Source: a virus. Taken from it: 64,000 nucleotides of DNA. The translations under genes and the position numbers were made by a program. Each line of letters starts with the position of its first letter. Position 1 is the stretch's first letter. Under the pieces are notes generated by a model that was not told the DNA's origin, did no database searches, and saw only the letters and a program-made list of their open reading frames with translations. The stretch is from IMG/VR virus record IMGVR_UViG_3300037307_000721. The stretch is one strand, 5' to 3'. Positions 16,824-26,375 of this stretch are shown piece after piece.

Positions 16824-18388
16824 ACGCACAGAACAAACAGCAGGAGCTGCTGAACCTGCTCAAGGCGAAGTTCACATTGCTGTATCTCGTGACGGGCGAG
16901 GAGCGCCGGGCGCAGGCCGCGGCCATCGCCGTGGCCGAGGCCCTGAAGATGGACGCCTACCTCTGGTCCATCACGGGCGGCATGCTCAAGGTGGGCGACA
17001 AGGAGCCGGCACCCTGCGACGATCCGATGGCCGCGCTCATGTTCATCCAGGAGGCCAAGGGCCGCGGGCTCTTCGTGCTCCGGGACTTCGACCCGTTCAT
17101 CGAGCAGGGCGGCGCGAACGTCGCCAACATCCGCAAGCTCAGGGAGCTCGCGGACGAGCTCGCCAACGCGAAGAAGGCCGACGCCCGAGCCATCGTCATC
17201 CTGAGTCCGAAGCTGGTGCTGCCGGATTCGCTCCGCGCCACGACGGTTGTCATCGAGTGGCCGCTCCCGGACAAGGAGGAGTTGCGGTCGACCGCCGAGG
17301 CGGTGGTGAGCAGCCTGCCAGCCGACCTCAAGGTGGAGCTTCCGAAGGAGCCAGCCGCGCTGGCCAGCCTCATCACCGAGGTCTCCACCGCATCGCAGGG
17401 GCTGACGCTGATCGAGGCGCAGAACGCTTTCGCCTTGTCGGCGATCAAGCACAAGACCATCAAGCCGGGCGAGGTCTCCTCCTACAAGGAGCAGGCTGTC
17501 ACCAAGAGCGGACTTCTCGAGTGGCGCAGGCCCAAGGGTGGATTCGATCGGGTCGCCGGCTTGCTCGTGATGCGGCAGTGGTTGGTCGAGCGCCGCGAGG
17601 GTTTCAGCGAGGAAGCTCGCAAGTACCGTCTCGATACGCCGAAGGGTGTCCTCTGCACAGGCGTGCCTGGCTGTGGCAAGTCCGCCATGGCCGACGCAGC
17701 AGCCTTCGAGTGGGGTGTTCCACTCCTCGGCTGGGATGTCGGCAAGACCTTCGGCAAGTACCAGGGGCAGACCGAGGACCAGACACGGCAGGTCATCGCC
17801 ACGGCCGAGGCGGTGGCCCCCTGCATTCTTCGCGTGGATGAAATCGAGAAGGGCTTCTCGGGCATGGGAGGATCGGGCGATGCGGACGGCGGCTCGTCCA
17901 ATCGCATGTTCTCCACATTCCTGACCTGGATGCAGGAGAAGACTTCGCCGGTCTTCGTGTTCGCCACGGCGAACGACGCGGACAAGCTGCCCGCCGAGCT
18001 GCTCCGCAAGGGCCGCTTCTCGGAGGTCTTCTTCGTCGACCTGCCGAACGAGGAGGAGCGCGAGGGTATCTGGCGCGTGCACATCGGACTTCGCGGTCGC
18101 GACCCTGAGAAGTTCGATCTGGCCGAGCTGGTCGCGGTGTCCGACAGCATGAGCGGAGCCGAAATCGAAGGTACGTTGGTCGACGCGATGTTCGCCGCCT
18201 TCGCGCGCAAGGAGGAGATCGCCACGCAGCACATCCTCGAGGCCGCCAAGAACACCGTGCCGCTCAACAAGATGGCGCCCGAGCGCATCGAGAAGGTGCG
18301 ATCGTGGGCCAAGGGCAGAGCACGCCTGGCCTCGGCCCCGGTCGTCGCCAAGAGGCCCGCCAGCGACAGGTTCAGCGAGCTCGCTTGA
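16820..18388 (+). CDS. AAA+ ATPase, Ycf46/SpoVK-like
   Basis: Walker A GVPGCGKS, Walker B LRVDEIEK, SRH FATAN...ELLRKGRFSEVFFVDLP; degenerate N-terminal AAA domain. Confidence 0.93.
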   Translation: MNAQNKQQELLNLLKAKFTLLYLVTGEERRAQAAAIAVAEALKMDAYLWSITGGMLKVGDKEPAPCDDPMAALMFIQEAKGRGLFVLRDFDPFIEQGGANVANIRKLRELADELANAKKADARAIVILSPKLVLPDSLRATTVVIEWPLPDKEELRSTAEAVVSSLPADLKVELPKEPAALASLITEVSTASQGLTLIEAQNAFALSAIKHKTIKPGEVSSYKEQAVTKSGLLEWRRPKGGFDRVAGLLVMRQWLVERREGFSEEARKYRLDTPKGVLCTGVPGCGKSAMADAAAFEWGVPLLGWDVGKTFGKYQGQTEDQTRQVIATAEAVAPCILRVDEIEKGFSGMGGSGDADGGSSNRMFSTFLTWMQEKTSPVFVFATANDADKLPAELLRKGRFSEVFFVDLPNEEEREGIWRVHIGLRGRDPEKFDLAELVAVSDSMSGAEIEGTLVDAMFAAFARKEEIATQHILEAAKNTVPLNKMAPERIEKVRSWAKGRARLASAPVVAKRPASDRFSELA

Positions 18389-18421
18389 CAGGATGATTTA
18401 CCTTCTCCAGACTAGCTAGTC

Positions 18422-19006
18422 ATGGGAAGGAAAAGACCAAGCGAGTTCAAGTGCAAGAAGTGCGGCGGCCCATGGACCAAGGATAGCGCCAAGGGGCTCT
18501 GCGCCAGGTGCTACCATCGCGCATGGGTCGCGGCCAACCGCGAGCGGGACAGGGCGCACAAGAGCGCGCACTACGAGCGCGGCAAGCGCGCGGGCCTGCC
18601 CGCGCAGCAGCGAGACAAGCGCTACTTTGACGGCAAGCGCGCCCGCGCCGTCGAGCGCGATGGCTCACGCTGCGCGAAATGTGGGCGTAAGGTGCGCACG
18701 AAGGGCAGCTTGATCGTCCATCACAAGGACGGTCGTGGGCGTGGATGCGCGCAGCCAAACAATCGGCTGAGCAACCTGGAGACAGTCTGCCGCCGATGCC
18801 ATCCGTCACAGCACAAGTTGCGTCGGTGGTCACGGCAGCATGATGCCTGCCGGATCTGCGGCAGAGAAGATCGCAAGCACAATGCACACGGCCTCTGCGT
18901 CGCGTGCTACAGCCGCCTAGAGTATCAAGGCGAGCTCGCAACCTTCATCGAGCGAGGTACAGAATGTCCGGCAACGAGAAGAAGACCGCCATCCAGAAGG
19001 GCCTGA
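18422..19006 (+). CDS. HNH endonuclease with Zn-finger arms
   Basis: RCAKCG...LIVHHKDG...NNRLSNLETVCRRCH; lower GC; upstream TTGACA on AAA stop codon. Confidence 0.85.
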   Translation: MGRKRPSEFKCKKCGGPWTKDSAKGLCARCYHRAWVAANRERDRAHKSAHYERGKRAGLPAQQRDKRYFDGKRARAVERDGSRCAKCGRKVRTKGSLIVHHKDGRGRGCAQPNNRLSNLETVCRRCHPSQHKLRRWSRQHDACRICGREDRKHNAHGLCVACYSRLEYQGELATFIERGTECPATRRRPPSRRA

Positions 19007-20184
19007 CCATCGCGGGGCAGCACCTGTTCGGCGATGTCAACAAGGACCGCCGCGAGCGCCTGAAGAAGGCCGGCGCCGTGTACGACTCAAAGGGGAACAC
19101 CTGGGTCTGCCCGAACGAGCAGGTCTACCAGGCCTTCACCGTCGAGCTCAAGATCGGCCAGCCCGTCGTGGCCGCGCCCCCGCCGGGCGCCAAGCCGGTC
19201 CAGCCCGCGCTGCCCCAGCCGGCCAGCCCGCCGCCGGCCAGCCTGCCCGTCGTCAAGCTCGTGCCGAAGCCGGCCGAGCCGCAGCCGGCAGCCGTCCCGG
19301 CCGCCCAGCCGGTCGAGGCGCAGCCGCAGGAGCCGCAGGGCCTGGCGCTGGTGCAGGGCAAGAAGATCCTGCAGATCCCGCCCTCCTACATCGTGGTGCA
19401 GGAGGTCAAGGTCCAGGGCGACATCCGCTACACGCACCTCGACGAGGAGAACAGCTCGTCCGAGGACTCGGATGGGACCAAGGTGGCCAAGACCAAGCGC
19501 ACCACCGAGACCGTCATCAAGGACCCGGAGGAGTTCCAGCGGGCGCGCTACATGGCGGGCCAGCTCCGCGGCTCCGTGCGCAAGCTCGGCCAGGTGCTCC
19601 AGTCGGGCGTCATCCTGGTGCCCGTGGCCAAGGAGAAGGAGCTCGACGAGGCCATCTCCACCAGCCGCACCGAGGCGACGTCCTTCAACCGCGAGGCCAA
19701 GCACCACTTCGTGCGGGTCTCGATGCTCAAGAGCTTGATCACCACCGACGCCGAGGCCGCGGCCAGGGACATCGCCTGGAAGTTGCAGGAGACGATGGCC
19801 GAGCTCAAGACCGCGCTCGAGCAGTGCGACGTCGAGCGCATCAAGAGCATCACCGACAACGCCAAAACCCTGACCCGCATCATCCCGGCCCGGGAGGCGA
19901 ACCAGCTCAGCGCCGCGCTCGCCAACGCGAACGCCACGCGCAAGTACATCCAGGACGAGCTCAAGAAGAAGGGCAAGCAGATCGAGGACGTCCAGGCCGA
20001 GGTCCGCCGGACCAGCCTCGGCCCGGTCGAGAGCGCCCGCATGATGTTCTTGGAATATGCCGCGCCCGTAGAAATGGAGTACGCCGGAGCGACCGACGTC
20101 GAGCGCTTCGCCGAGATGGACTCGCAGGAACCGCAAGCGGCGACGTCCGCCGTCGCTGTGAATGGGGACCGGTTCGACCTGTAG
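18964..20184 (+). CDS. Helical partner of the AAA+ ATPase (DUF3150-like, tentative) with Pro/Ala/Gln linker
   Basis: RBS GAGGT; TETVIKDPEEFQRA...FN...ARMMFLE helical domain. Confidence 0.8.
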   Translation: MSGNEKKTAIQKGLTIAGQHLFGDVNKDRRERLKKAGAVYDSKGNTWVCPNEQVYQAFTVELKIGQPVVAAPPPGAKPVQPALPQPASPPPASLPVVKLVPKPAEPQPAAVPAAQPVEAQPQEPQGLALVQGKKILQIPPSYIVVQEVKVQGDIRYTHLDEENSSSEDSDGTKVAKTKRTTETVIKDPEEFQRARYMAGQLRGSVRKLGQVLQSGVILVPVAKEKELDEAISTSRTEATSFNREAKHHFVRVSMLKSLITTDAEAAARDIAWKLQETMAELKTALEQCDVERIKSITDNAKTLTRIIPAREANQLSAALANANATRKYIQDELKKKGKQIEDVQAEVRRTSLGPVESARMMFLEYAAPVEMEYAGATDVERFAEMDSQEPQAATSAVAVNGDRFDL

Positions 20185-20247
20185 TTCGCGCACCAGCTTG
20201 CAATTCCGCACTTGCCTCGGAATATGTTCCTGGATACACTGGTCAGT

Positions 20248-21117
20248 ATGCCACAGGACATCTTCAAGTGCAAGAGCTGCGGAAGTCCCAACATGAAGGG
20301 GCGGGCGAGGGGCCTCTGCCGACGGTGCTACCTGGCCGACTACAAGCGATGCAACGCCGCGCGCTTGAGGGCGCGACAGAAGGAATACGCCGAGGGTTGG
20401 TACCGACGGAACGCACGGCAGAAGCGCGCGAGCGTGCTCGCCTATCGCACCGGAGGCAACCGGGAGCGAGCATTGGAACGGGCTGGCTATCGCTGCGAGA
20501 AGTGCGGCGAGCGCCGGCATCGCCTGTTGGGCGTGTGGCATCTGGACGGACGCAACTGGCGGCACGAGCAGCCCAACCACGCGATCGGGAACCTGATCGT
20601 ACTGTGCCGTCACTGCGCTCCGATCATCTTGCTTCGCCATGGCTGGAGCGACGAGCCGGGTTGCTATCCACGGTGCCTGAACTGCGAGCGAATCGACCGG
20701 TCGCACATGGCGCACGGCCTCTGCACCGCCTGCTACCAACGCCTGGGTTCATCTCAGCGGTTGTTCATCCGCGAGGTCCGGGCGGAGGACGCAAGCGAGG
20801 CCGACCGTGCGCGGTTCTGGCAGCACGTGGATCGTCGCAGCTCCGCGCCGTGCTGGCTATGGACCGCCTCTGGCACCGATGGGGGCTATGGCTATGCGAG
20901 GGCAGGGCGCGTCAGGGTGCTGGCGCACAGACTTTCTTTCGCATTGGCGAACGGGGCGGCCGAGCAGAACGTGCTGGTGTGTCACTCGTGCGACACGCCG
21001 GAGTGCGTGAACCCCGCGCACCTCTTCGCCGCCACATCGGAAGACAACATCCAGGATGCCATTCGCAAGGGACGCATGCGTTGGCAACGAAAGGATCAAC
21101 CCGATGACCATCCGTGA
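20248..21117 (+). CDS. Double-domain HNH endonuclease
   Basis: N-half paralogous to 18422 HNH; C-half RFWQHV..CWLWT..AHRL..CHSCDTPECVNPAHL..N. Confidence 0.85.
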   Translation: MPQDIFKCKSCGSPNMKGRARGLCRRCYLADYKRCNAARLRARQKEYAEGWYRRNARQKRASVLAYRTGGNRERALERAGYRCEKCGERRHRLLGVWHLDGRNWRHEQPNHAIGNLIVLCRHCAPIILLRHGWSDEPGCYPRCLNCERIDRSHMAHGLCTACYQRLGSSQRLFIREVRAEDASEADRARFWQHVDRRSSAPCWLWTASGTDGGYGYARAGRVRVLAHRLSFALANGAAEQNVLVCHSCDTPECVNPAHLFAATSEDNIQDAIRKGRMRWQRKDQPDDHP

Positions 21118-21289
21118 AGCCATCGAGCGGCTTGAAGCCCTGCGCCTCGAGTCGCCGCTCGGCGAGGGCACTGTGCTCGCCGTCTGCCTGCTCGACTCGG
21201 AATTGCCCTACGTCGAGGTGAAGGACATTCGCCTCGAGCGCAGCGACGACGGCGCGCTGGTTGTCATCGACGCGCCGGAGCCGAGGTGA
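21104..21289 (+). CDS. Hypothetical protein
   Basis: RBS AAGGA. Confidence 0.65.
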   Translation: MTIREAIERLEALRLESPLGEGTVLAVCLLDSELPYVEVKDIRLERSDDGALVVIDAPEPR

Positions 21290-21687
21290 ACATGAGTACT
21301 CGCTGCGACGCACGCACCGGCAGCGGAGAGCGCTGCCGGTGCAAGATCAGCCGGGACCACGGAACGGTCTGGGCCGAGGCGCCCGGCTGGCTCGGGCCGG
21401 AGCGCCTCGTGCTCTGCGACAACCACCGTCGTATGCTTCAGCGCGGCGGGTACCTGATCGACAGGCACGGCCGCGGCTGGCGCGCGCACTTCGTGGACGC
21501 CAGCCGCGCTCACTACTACCTGGTGCCAGCACGGTGCAAGGCGCGCATGCCTGGCGCCTTCACGGAGGGAACCCCGCAGCCAGCCGTGCCCCACGGCCGG
21601 TGCGGCTTGAACCTCGGGCACGATGGGCCGCACACGCTGCTTGCCGAGAGCGGGGCGCCCTGGTTCGGCAAGGGCGACAGCGACTAG
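21286..21687 (+). CDS. Hypothetical Cys/His-rich protein
   Basis: GTGA coupling; start may be ATG 21292. Confidence 0.7.
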   Translation: MNMSTRCDARTGSGERCRCKISRDHGTVWAEAPGWLGPERLVLCDNHRRMLQRGGYLIDRHGRGWRAHFVDASRAHYYLVPARCKARMPGAFTEGTPQPAVPHGRCGLNLGHDGPHTLLAESGAPWFGKGDSD

Positions 21688-21691
21688 GGCC

Positions 21692-21720
21692 TTGCGAAAA
21701 TCACGCGAGTAGGATATGCT
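21692..21720 (+). promoter_or_regulatory. Promoter TTGCGA-N17-TATGCT
   Basis: Intergenic, upstream of RBS GGGAGG. Confidence 0.65.
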
Positions 21721-21748
21721 TTCCTGCCCGCTGCGGGAGGGTGCGAGC

Positions 21749-22006
21749 ATGGGCTATCAGCCGCGAGATCGCTTCGACCTCAAGAGCTTGCTCATCATTG
21801 TGGGCGTGGGCCTGGTCGTGCTCTTCATCATCGGGGCCATGGCGACGATGTTCTACCGCGAGGCCACCGACCCGTGCCGGTGCACCGAGCGCAAGTGCTG
21901 GACGGTCATCGGCATGACGACCGACGAGAAGGGCTACGGCCACACGACCAGCCACGTCGAGTGCCGGTGCCTCAAGAAGTGGTGTCCGGCGGAGGCGTGC
22001 AAATGA
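21749..22006 (+). CDS. Small membrane protein with Cys-rich C-terminus
   Basis: TM helix plus six Cys. Confidence 0.75.
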   Translation: MGYQPRDRFDLKSLLIIVGVGLVVLFIIGAMATMFYREATDPCRCTERKCWTVIGMTTDEKGYGHTTSHVECRCLKKWCPAEACK

Positions 22007-22269
22007 CCGAGGGCGAGAAGCTGGTGTGGGCCGCGGCCTACGCTACCAAGTACATGGAGAACATGCAGCCGTCGCGCATTCCGAAGGAGTGCCTCGTGCC
22101 GAGCGGTGACAAGAAGTGGCACGAGTGGGAGCAGAGCCAGGTGGCGAATGCCATCGAGCACGCTTCCTGCGCGGTGCGCTACATGCGCGAGGCCCAGACC
22201 AGGGTGCGCGAGGGCTGGGGTCCGGGGAGCGAGACGTACCTCATGCTCGAGGAGATGCTGCTCAGATGA
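22003..22269 (+). CDS. Hypothetical protein
   Basis: RBS GGAGG, ATGA coupling. Confidence 0.75.
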   Translation: MTEGEKLVWAAAYATKYMENMQPSRIPKECLVPSGDKKWHEWEQSQVANAIEHASCAVRYMREAQTRVREGWGPGSETYLMLEEMLLR

Positions 22270-23036
22270 GACGCAACAGCACACTGCCGAAGCGCTGGGA
22301 GCAGGAGGGCTGGGTTGACCTCTGCTCCGACGTCAACTGGGAGGACTACCACGGGATGTGGGGCAAGAAAGGCCCGGACGGCGCGTGGTACGTCCTGAAG
22401 TTCACCAACATGATCGACGCCGCCGGCGAGCGCGGGGCCAAGGAGATGGGCATTCGCTACGAGTGCGCGCTCGTGCGGGTCGACCTCGCCGCGCTGCCAG
22501 CCGAGAAGAAGTTCGCGACGCTCCGGGAGTTCTCCGGCTGGGAGCGCCAGGACGACGAGGCGCGCGAGCAGACCATCGTCTACGGGCTGGCGAGCTCGGG
22601 CTGCGCCGCTCCGCTCCACGAGGAGCAGGACTGGAACTACCCGGCCCGGGTGCGCGCGGCAGCCAAGCGCGAGGCCGATGCCATCATGAACGACTACGAC
22701 CGGCGCGAGAGCCTGCTCGACCGGCCATTCAACGCCATCGGCACCACGGCCCGTGAGGTCGGACAGGACGACCTGCTCGCCGGCCTGCGCCGGCACGCGG
22801 TGAATCCGCAAGCCGAGCCGGACCCGAAGAAGGACCTGATGCTCCGGTTGCAGACCGCGCCGATCAAGCAGGTCAAGCAGCGCGACCTGACGGGCGAGTG
22901 CTTCCTGGTCCAGATCTATGGCACGTCGTACTGCGCCCAGTGCGAGGCCAAGGACACGCCGGACTGCGGCGGCCAGGAGATCCGCAAGACCGGCAAGAAC
23001 GAGAAGGGCCTCGAGGTCGGAAGGACGGGACTCTGA
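22266..23036 (+). CDS. Hypothetical protein, C-terminal CxxC-x7-C
   Basis: ATGA coupling, codon bias. Confidence 0.8.
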   Translation: MRRNSTLPKRWEQEGWVDLCSDVNWEDYHGMWGKKGPDGAWYVLKFTNMIDAAGERGAKEMGIRYECALVRVDLAALPAEKKFATLREFSGWERQDDEAREQTIVYGLASSGCAAPLHEEQDWNYPARVRAAAKREADAIMNDYDRRESLLDRPFNAIGTTAREVGQDDLLAGLRRHAVNPQAEPDPKKDLMLRLQTAPIKQVKQRDLTGECFLVQIYGTSYCAQCEAKDTPDCGGQEIRKTGKNEKGLEVGRTGL

Positions 23037-23268
23037 TGCGATTCGTGCGGCTTCACGATGACGGGGGCTACCCGGTCTTCATCAACCCGGAGGCGGTCGA
23101 GCGCGTGGTCCGGCGCGGCACTCGCGGTGGGGCTCCGTCGTCTACGTGACCGGCCAGCCGGTCCACGTGGAGGAGCCGCCCGAGGAGGCCGCGCGGATCA
23201 TCGAGGAGCGGACGCCCTGGCGCGATGTGCCCCCGACGAAGATGCCAAGCCACGGAGCACCGCGATGA
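23036..23268 (+). pseudogene. Small phage gene with apparent frameshift at G run 23129-23132
   Basis: MRFVRLHDDGGYPVFINPEAVERVV continues in another frame as GSVVYVTGQPVHVEEPPEEAARII, ending in ATGA overlap. Confidence 0.7.
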
Positions 23269-23716
23269 GCGACTATCCCGAGCACGAGAAGCTCAAGAAG
23301 ATCCAGGAACGGAGCCAGGCCTGCGGCGAGTTCCTCGAGTGGCTTCAGGACGAGAAGAACTTGGTCCTCTGCCACCGGCCCGACTTCGAGACCGAGGAGG
23401 ATGAAGAGGACCAGGAGGGCGAGTACTTCCCCGCACCGATCAGCAAGATGCGCCTGCTCGCCGAGTTCTTCGACATCGACCTGGACAAGCTCGAGGACGA
23501 GAAGCAGGCGATCCTCGGGCGATCCTCGAGGAGCAGCGCCGGCTGAACGAGCCCCGGCCCTACGCCGTCTACTCGTTCTCCGAGGAGCTGTGGTGGTCGA
23601 ACGAGCTCGGCTGGGGAACGCTCGAGCTGGCCACGAAGTTCACGGACGACGAACGGCTATCGCTGCACCTGCCCATCGGCGGGACTTGGGTGCGCGTCCA
23701 AGCGAGGGAGCCATGA
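23265..23716 (+). pseudogene. Phage gene frameshifted by 11-bp tandem duplication (23507-23528)
   Basis: Removing one GGCGATCCTCG copy gives an open frame to TGA 23714-23716, coupled to the next ATG. Confidence 0.75.
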
Positions 23717-23904
23717 GCAAACGCACCATCAACGACGAGGACCGCAGGCTCTGGGTCCTCAACGACGAGGGCCTCTACAACCTGATGCGCGACAGCCGCC
23801 TCGGCACGCGCGAGTTCATTCGCCAGAACCGCAAGCTCATCGACGAGGTCATCGGCAACGTGAGCTCCGGCGCACGCCGGCAGCACTACCTGGTCTACGG
23901 GTAG
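23713..23904 (+). CDS. Small phage protein (WVLNDEGLYN)
   Basis: RBS GGGAG. Confidence 0.75.
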   Translation: MSKRTINDEDRRLWVLNDEGLYNLMRDSRLGTREFIRQNRKLIDEVIGNVSSGARRQHYLVYG

Positions 23905-23917
23905 AAAGGACCGGACC

Positions 23918-24739
23918 ATGAAGCGCATCTACATCCCCAAGGTGGGCGAGAAGGTCAAGCTCCGCCTGCCCGAGCACTACTTCGAGCTCGACGCCGGCGC
24001 CCAGGAGTTCCGAGCGCGGCAGCAGAAGATCTACGACGAGTGCCGCGCCTCGCTGCAGCGAGGCCTCATCACCGAGGCGCAGCACGACGAGGTGCGCAAG
24101 AAGGCGAGCGACGAGGTGCACGCCGAGTACGCCGAGTACCGGCGCACGCACGACGTGCCCGACCTCTGGGCCTGGTTCGAGGTGCTCGAGATCAAGCAGA
24201 CCAGCTTGCTCCAGCGGCCCGAGGAGCGCCCCGACTACTGGATCAGGCTCAAGCACGTGTGCCGCGCCGTCAACGCGCCCGAGCCGGCCTGGGTGGGCGA
24301 GGTTCGCTCGGACTGGATCGAGCCCCCGCTCGGCTGGAAGCCGACCTACGAGATGCTGTGCAAGGACCGGAAGCAGGCCGACAAGGTGGTCAGCGATTGG
24401 TTCAAGCGCGGCATCGTGGTCTGGTCCAATCACGACCTGGGCTCAAGTGGCTGCGGTGGCAGCGCCTTTACGCCGGCAGACCTCGGGACGGACTCGGTGG
24501 CCTCGCCGCACTGGCGCTTCACTGGCGTGCCGACCGAGGTGATCGCCGCCGAGGACTGCCCGAAGGTCTTCACGATCAAGGTCTATGAGGAGTGGGAGCC
24601 GTCGCTCCCCGAGGGCAGGAAGGCACGCGACGAGGAGATCCGCCGGCTCCGGGAGTCCGGCGTCGAGGTGCAGTACCACAAGCGCCACAAGATGTGGCTG
24701 GCCTCCAGGGAGACCCTGGTCTACCAGCCGGGAGCCTGA
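23918..24739 (+). CDS. Hypothetical protein
   Basis: RBS AAAGGA. Confidence 0.8.
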   Translation: MKRIYIPKVGEKVKLRLPEHYFELDAGAQEFRARQQKIYDECRASLQRGLITEAQHDEVRKKASDEVHAEYAEYRRTHDVPDLWAWFEVLEIKQTSLLQRPEERPDYWIRLKHVCRAVNAPEPAWVGEVRSDWIEPPLGWKPTYEMLCKDRKQADKVVSDWFKRGIVVWSNHDLGSSGCGGSAFTPADLGTDSVASPHWRFTGVPTEVIAAEDCPKVFTIKVYEEWEPSLPEGRKARDEEIRRLRESGVEVQYHKRHKMWLASRETLVYQPGA

Positions 24740-24742
24740 GCC

Positions 24743-24931
24743 ATGACCAAGGAGGAGCTAGCCAAGTACGCCGTGGACCACGACCTCGCGCACGTCCTGG
24801 ACGAAGAGGTGCACGACGCGAAGTCCGAAGAGGCCGCGAACATCAACAACGCCGGACCCGAGTCGCAGATCGACTTCCTGCTCGAGTCAGGCTACTCGCT
24901 CGACCGAATCGAGCAGATCCTGAGGGACTGA
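24743..24931 (+). CDS. Small acidic protein
   Basis: RBS GGGAG. Confidence 0.7.
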   Translation: MTKEELAKYAVDHDLAHVLDEEVHDAKSEEAANINNAGPESQIDFLLESGYSLDRIEQILRD

Positions 24932-24935
24932 GACC

Positions 24936-25640
24936 ATGGCGACCAACAACAAGAACCAGCGGCTCGGAGTCAAGGCGCTCGAGGAGCGCGTGGAGAAGCT
25001 GCGAGCGGAGCTCGCCGGCGTGGCCGACGAGATCGCCCAGCTCGAGAAGGACCGGGCCGATGACATGCTGCTCTGCCAGCGCGCCCTCGACGCCGCGCAC
25101 TCGCAGCACGCGCTCGCTCTCGACAACAAGGCCAAGGCCCTGGCCGCGGCCGAGGACACCGAGCGCAAGGGCAACGCGCTCATCGCCGCCGGGCGCAAGC
25201 TCCTGACCGAGGCCGCCGAGCAGCGCGTCGAGGCCGAGAAGCTCGACTTGCAGCTCGAGCCGGTGCGCGCGGCGGAGCGCCTGACCCGCGAGCGCCAGGA
25301 GCACTGGAAGAACGAGCTCGCCCGCATCCAGAGCTCGGCCACTCGGCGCAAGCGCGCCCAGCTCGAGCAGGCCCTGGCCAAGCTGGAGCGCCGCGTGGCG
25401 CGCAAGGTGACCGAGCCCGAGGTCGCCTCCGGCCCGGTCCCCATCGTGCCGCGCAATACCGGGACGGGGCGCATCGAGGGCTTCGGCAAGGTCATCGCCG
25501 AGCAGCCGATGGCGGTGCTCGCCGGGCTGCTCGCCGGCGCGCAGAAGCCCACGCCGCGGCTCGTCCCGGCGCCGGACCCCGAGCCCGAGGCTCAGCCCGA
25601 GGAGCAGGCCAAGGAGCAGCCCGATGCCAAGCAGCCGTAA
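24936..25640 (+). CDS. Coiled-coil protein
   Basis: Helical E/K/A/L composition. Confidence 0.8.
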   Translation: MATNNKNQRLGVKALEERVEKLRAELAGVADEIAQLEKDRADDMLLCQRALDAAHSQHALALDNKAKALAAAEDTERKGNALIAAGRKLLTEAAEQRVEAEKLDLQLEPVRAAERLTRERQEHWKNELARIQSSATRRKRAQLEQALAKLERRVARKVTEPEVASGPVPIVPRNTGTGRIEGFGKVIAEQPMAVLAGLLAGAQKPTPRLVPAPDPEPEAQPEEQAKEQPDAKQP

Positions 25641-25863
25641 GTTCTACCGCACGGTCTTCACCGTGGAAGTGCTGAGCGAGGAAGAGCCCGAACCCGTCGA
25701 CCTCGAGGTGCTCAACCAGCAGATCACGGACGGCCCGTGGTCCGGGGTGGTCACGAAGGGCAAATCCGAGGAGATCGGCGGCGCACGAATGGCCGAGCTT
25801 CTGCAAGAGCAGGGCTCCGACCCCGGCTTCTTCGAGCTGACCGATGACGGGGAGGACGTATGA
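25624..25863 (+). CDS. Hypothetical protein
   Basis: RBS AAGGAG. Confidence 0.75.
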   Translation: MPSSRKFYRTVFTVEVLSEEEPEPVDLEVLNQQITDGPWSGVVTKGKSEEIGGARMAELLQEQGSDPGFFELTDDGEDV

Positions 25864-26375
25864 GCGACTTCAAGACCACGTGCCCCAGGTGCAAGGCCGC
25901 GCCAGAGGACGCGATGCTCGAGGTGGTATCGGGCATCTTCCGAGCCCGGGCCATGTACCTGCAGCCGGACGGCTTCGCGACGATGCACGCGAAACAGTTC
26001 GACACCGACGAGGAGCAGGTCTACTGCCACGCCTGCGAGCAGACCATGTCGCTCGGCGAGTGTCTCGACGACGAGATGAACGACGAGCCAGACGAGCAGG
26101 AGCCCAAGCAGATCTGCCCGCGCTGCCAGCAATACCTAGACGGCACTGGAAGCTGTCGCGTCTGCCAGTACCCAGCCGCGGCGCCTCCGGGTTTCTCCGT
26201 CGAGCAATGGCAGGCCGTGGAGAAGCTCGTCGAGAAGCTGCCAGACGAGCAGGAGGTGGCAGGTGCAGCCGAGCGGATCAGCACGGCCATCGACCACATC
26301 CTGACCGACACGAACACGCCGAGTCGGGTGCTCGCCGCGGCGCTGCGCCAGCTCGCGAAGGAGCTCGGAGGATGA
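25860..26375 (+). CDS. Zn-ribbon protein (several CxxC)
   Basis: RBS GGAGG, ATGA coupling. Confidence 0.75.
   Translation: MSDFKTTCPRCKAAPEDAMLEVVSGIFRARAMYLQPDGFATMHAKQFDTDEEQVYCHACEQTMSLGECLDDEMNDEPDEQEPKQICPRCQQYLDGTGSCRVCQYPAAAPPGFSVEQWQAVEKLVEKLPDEQEVAGAAERISTAIDHILTDTNTPSRVLAAALRQLAKELGG

Noticed and set aside
18375-18939. GCGAGCTCGC direct repeat flanking the second HNH as a target-site duplication
   Set aside because: It is a palindrome built on GAGCTC, which is very frequent here as Glu-Leu codons; chance is likely.
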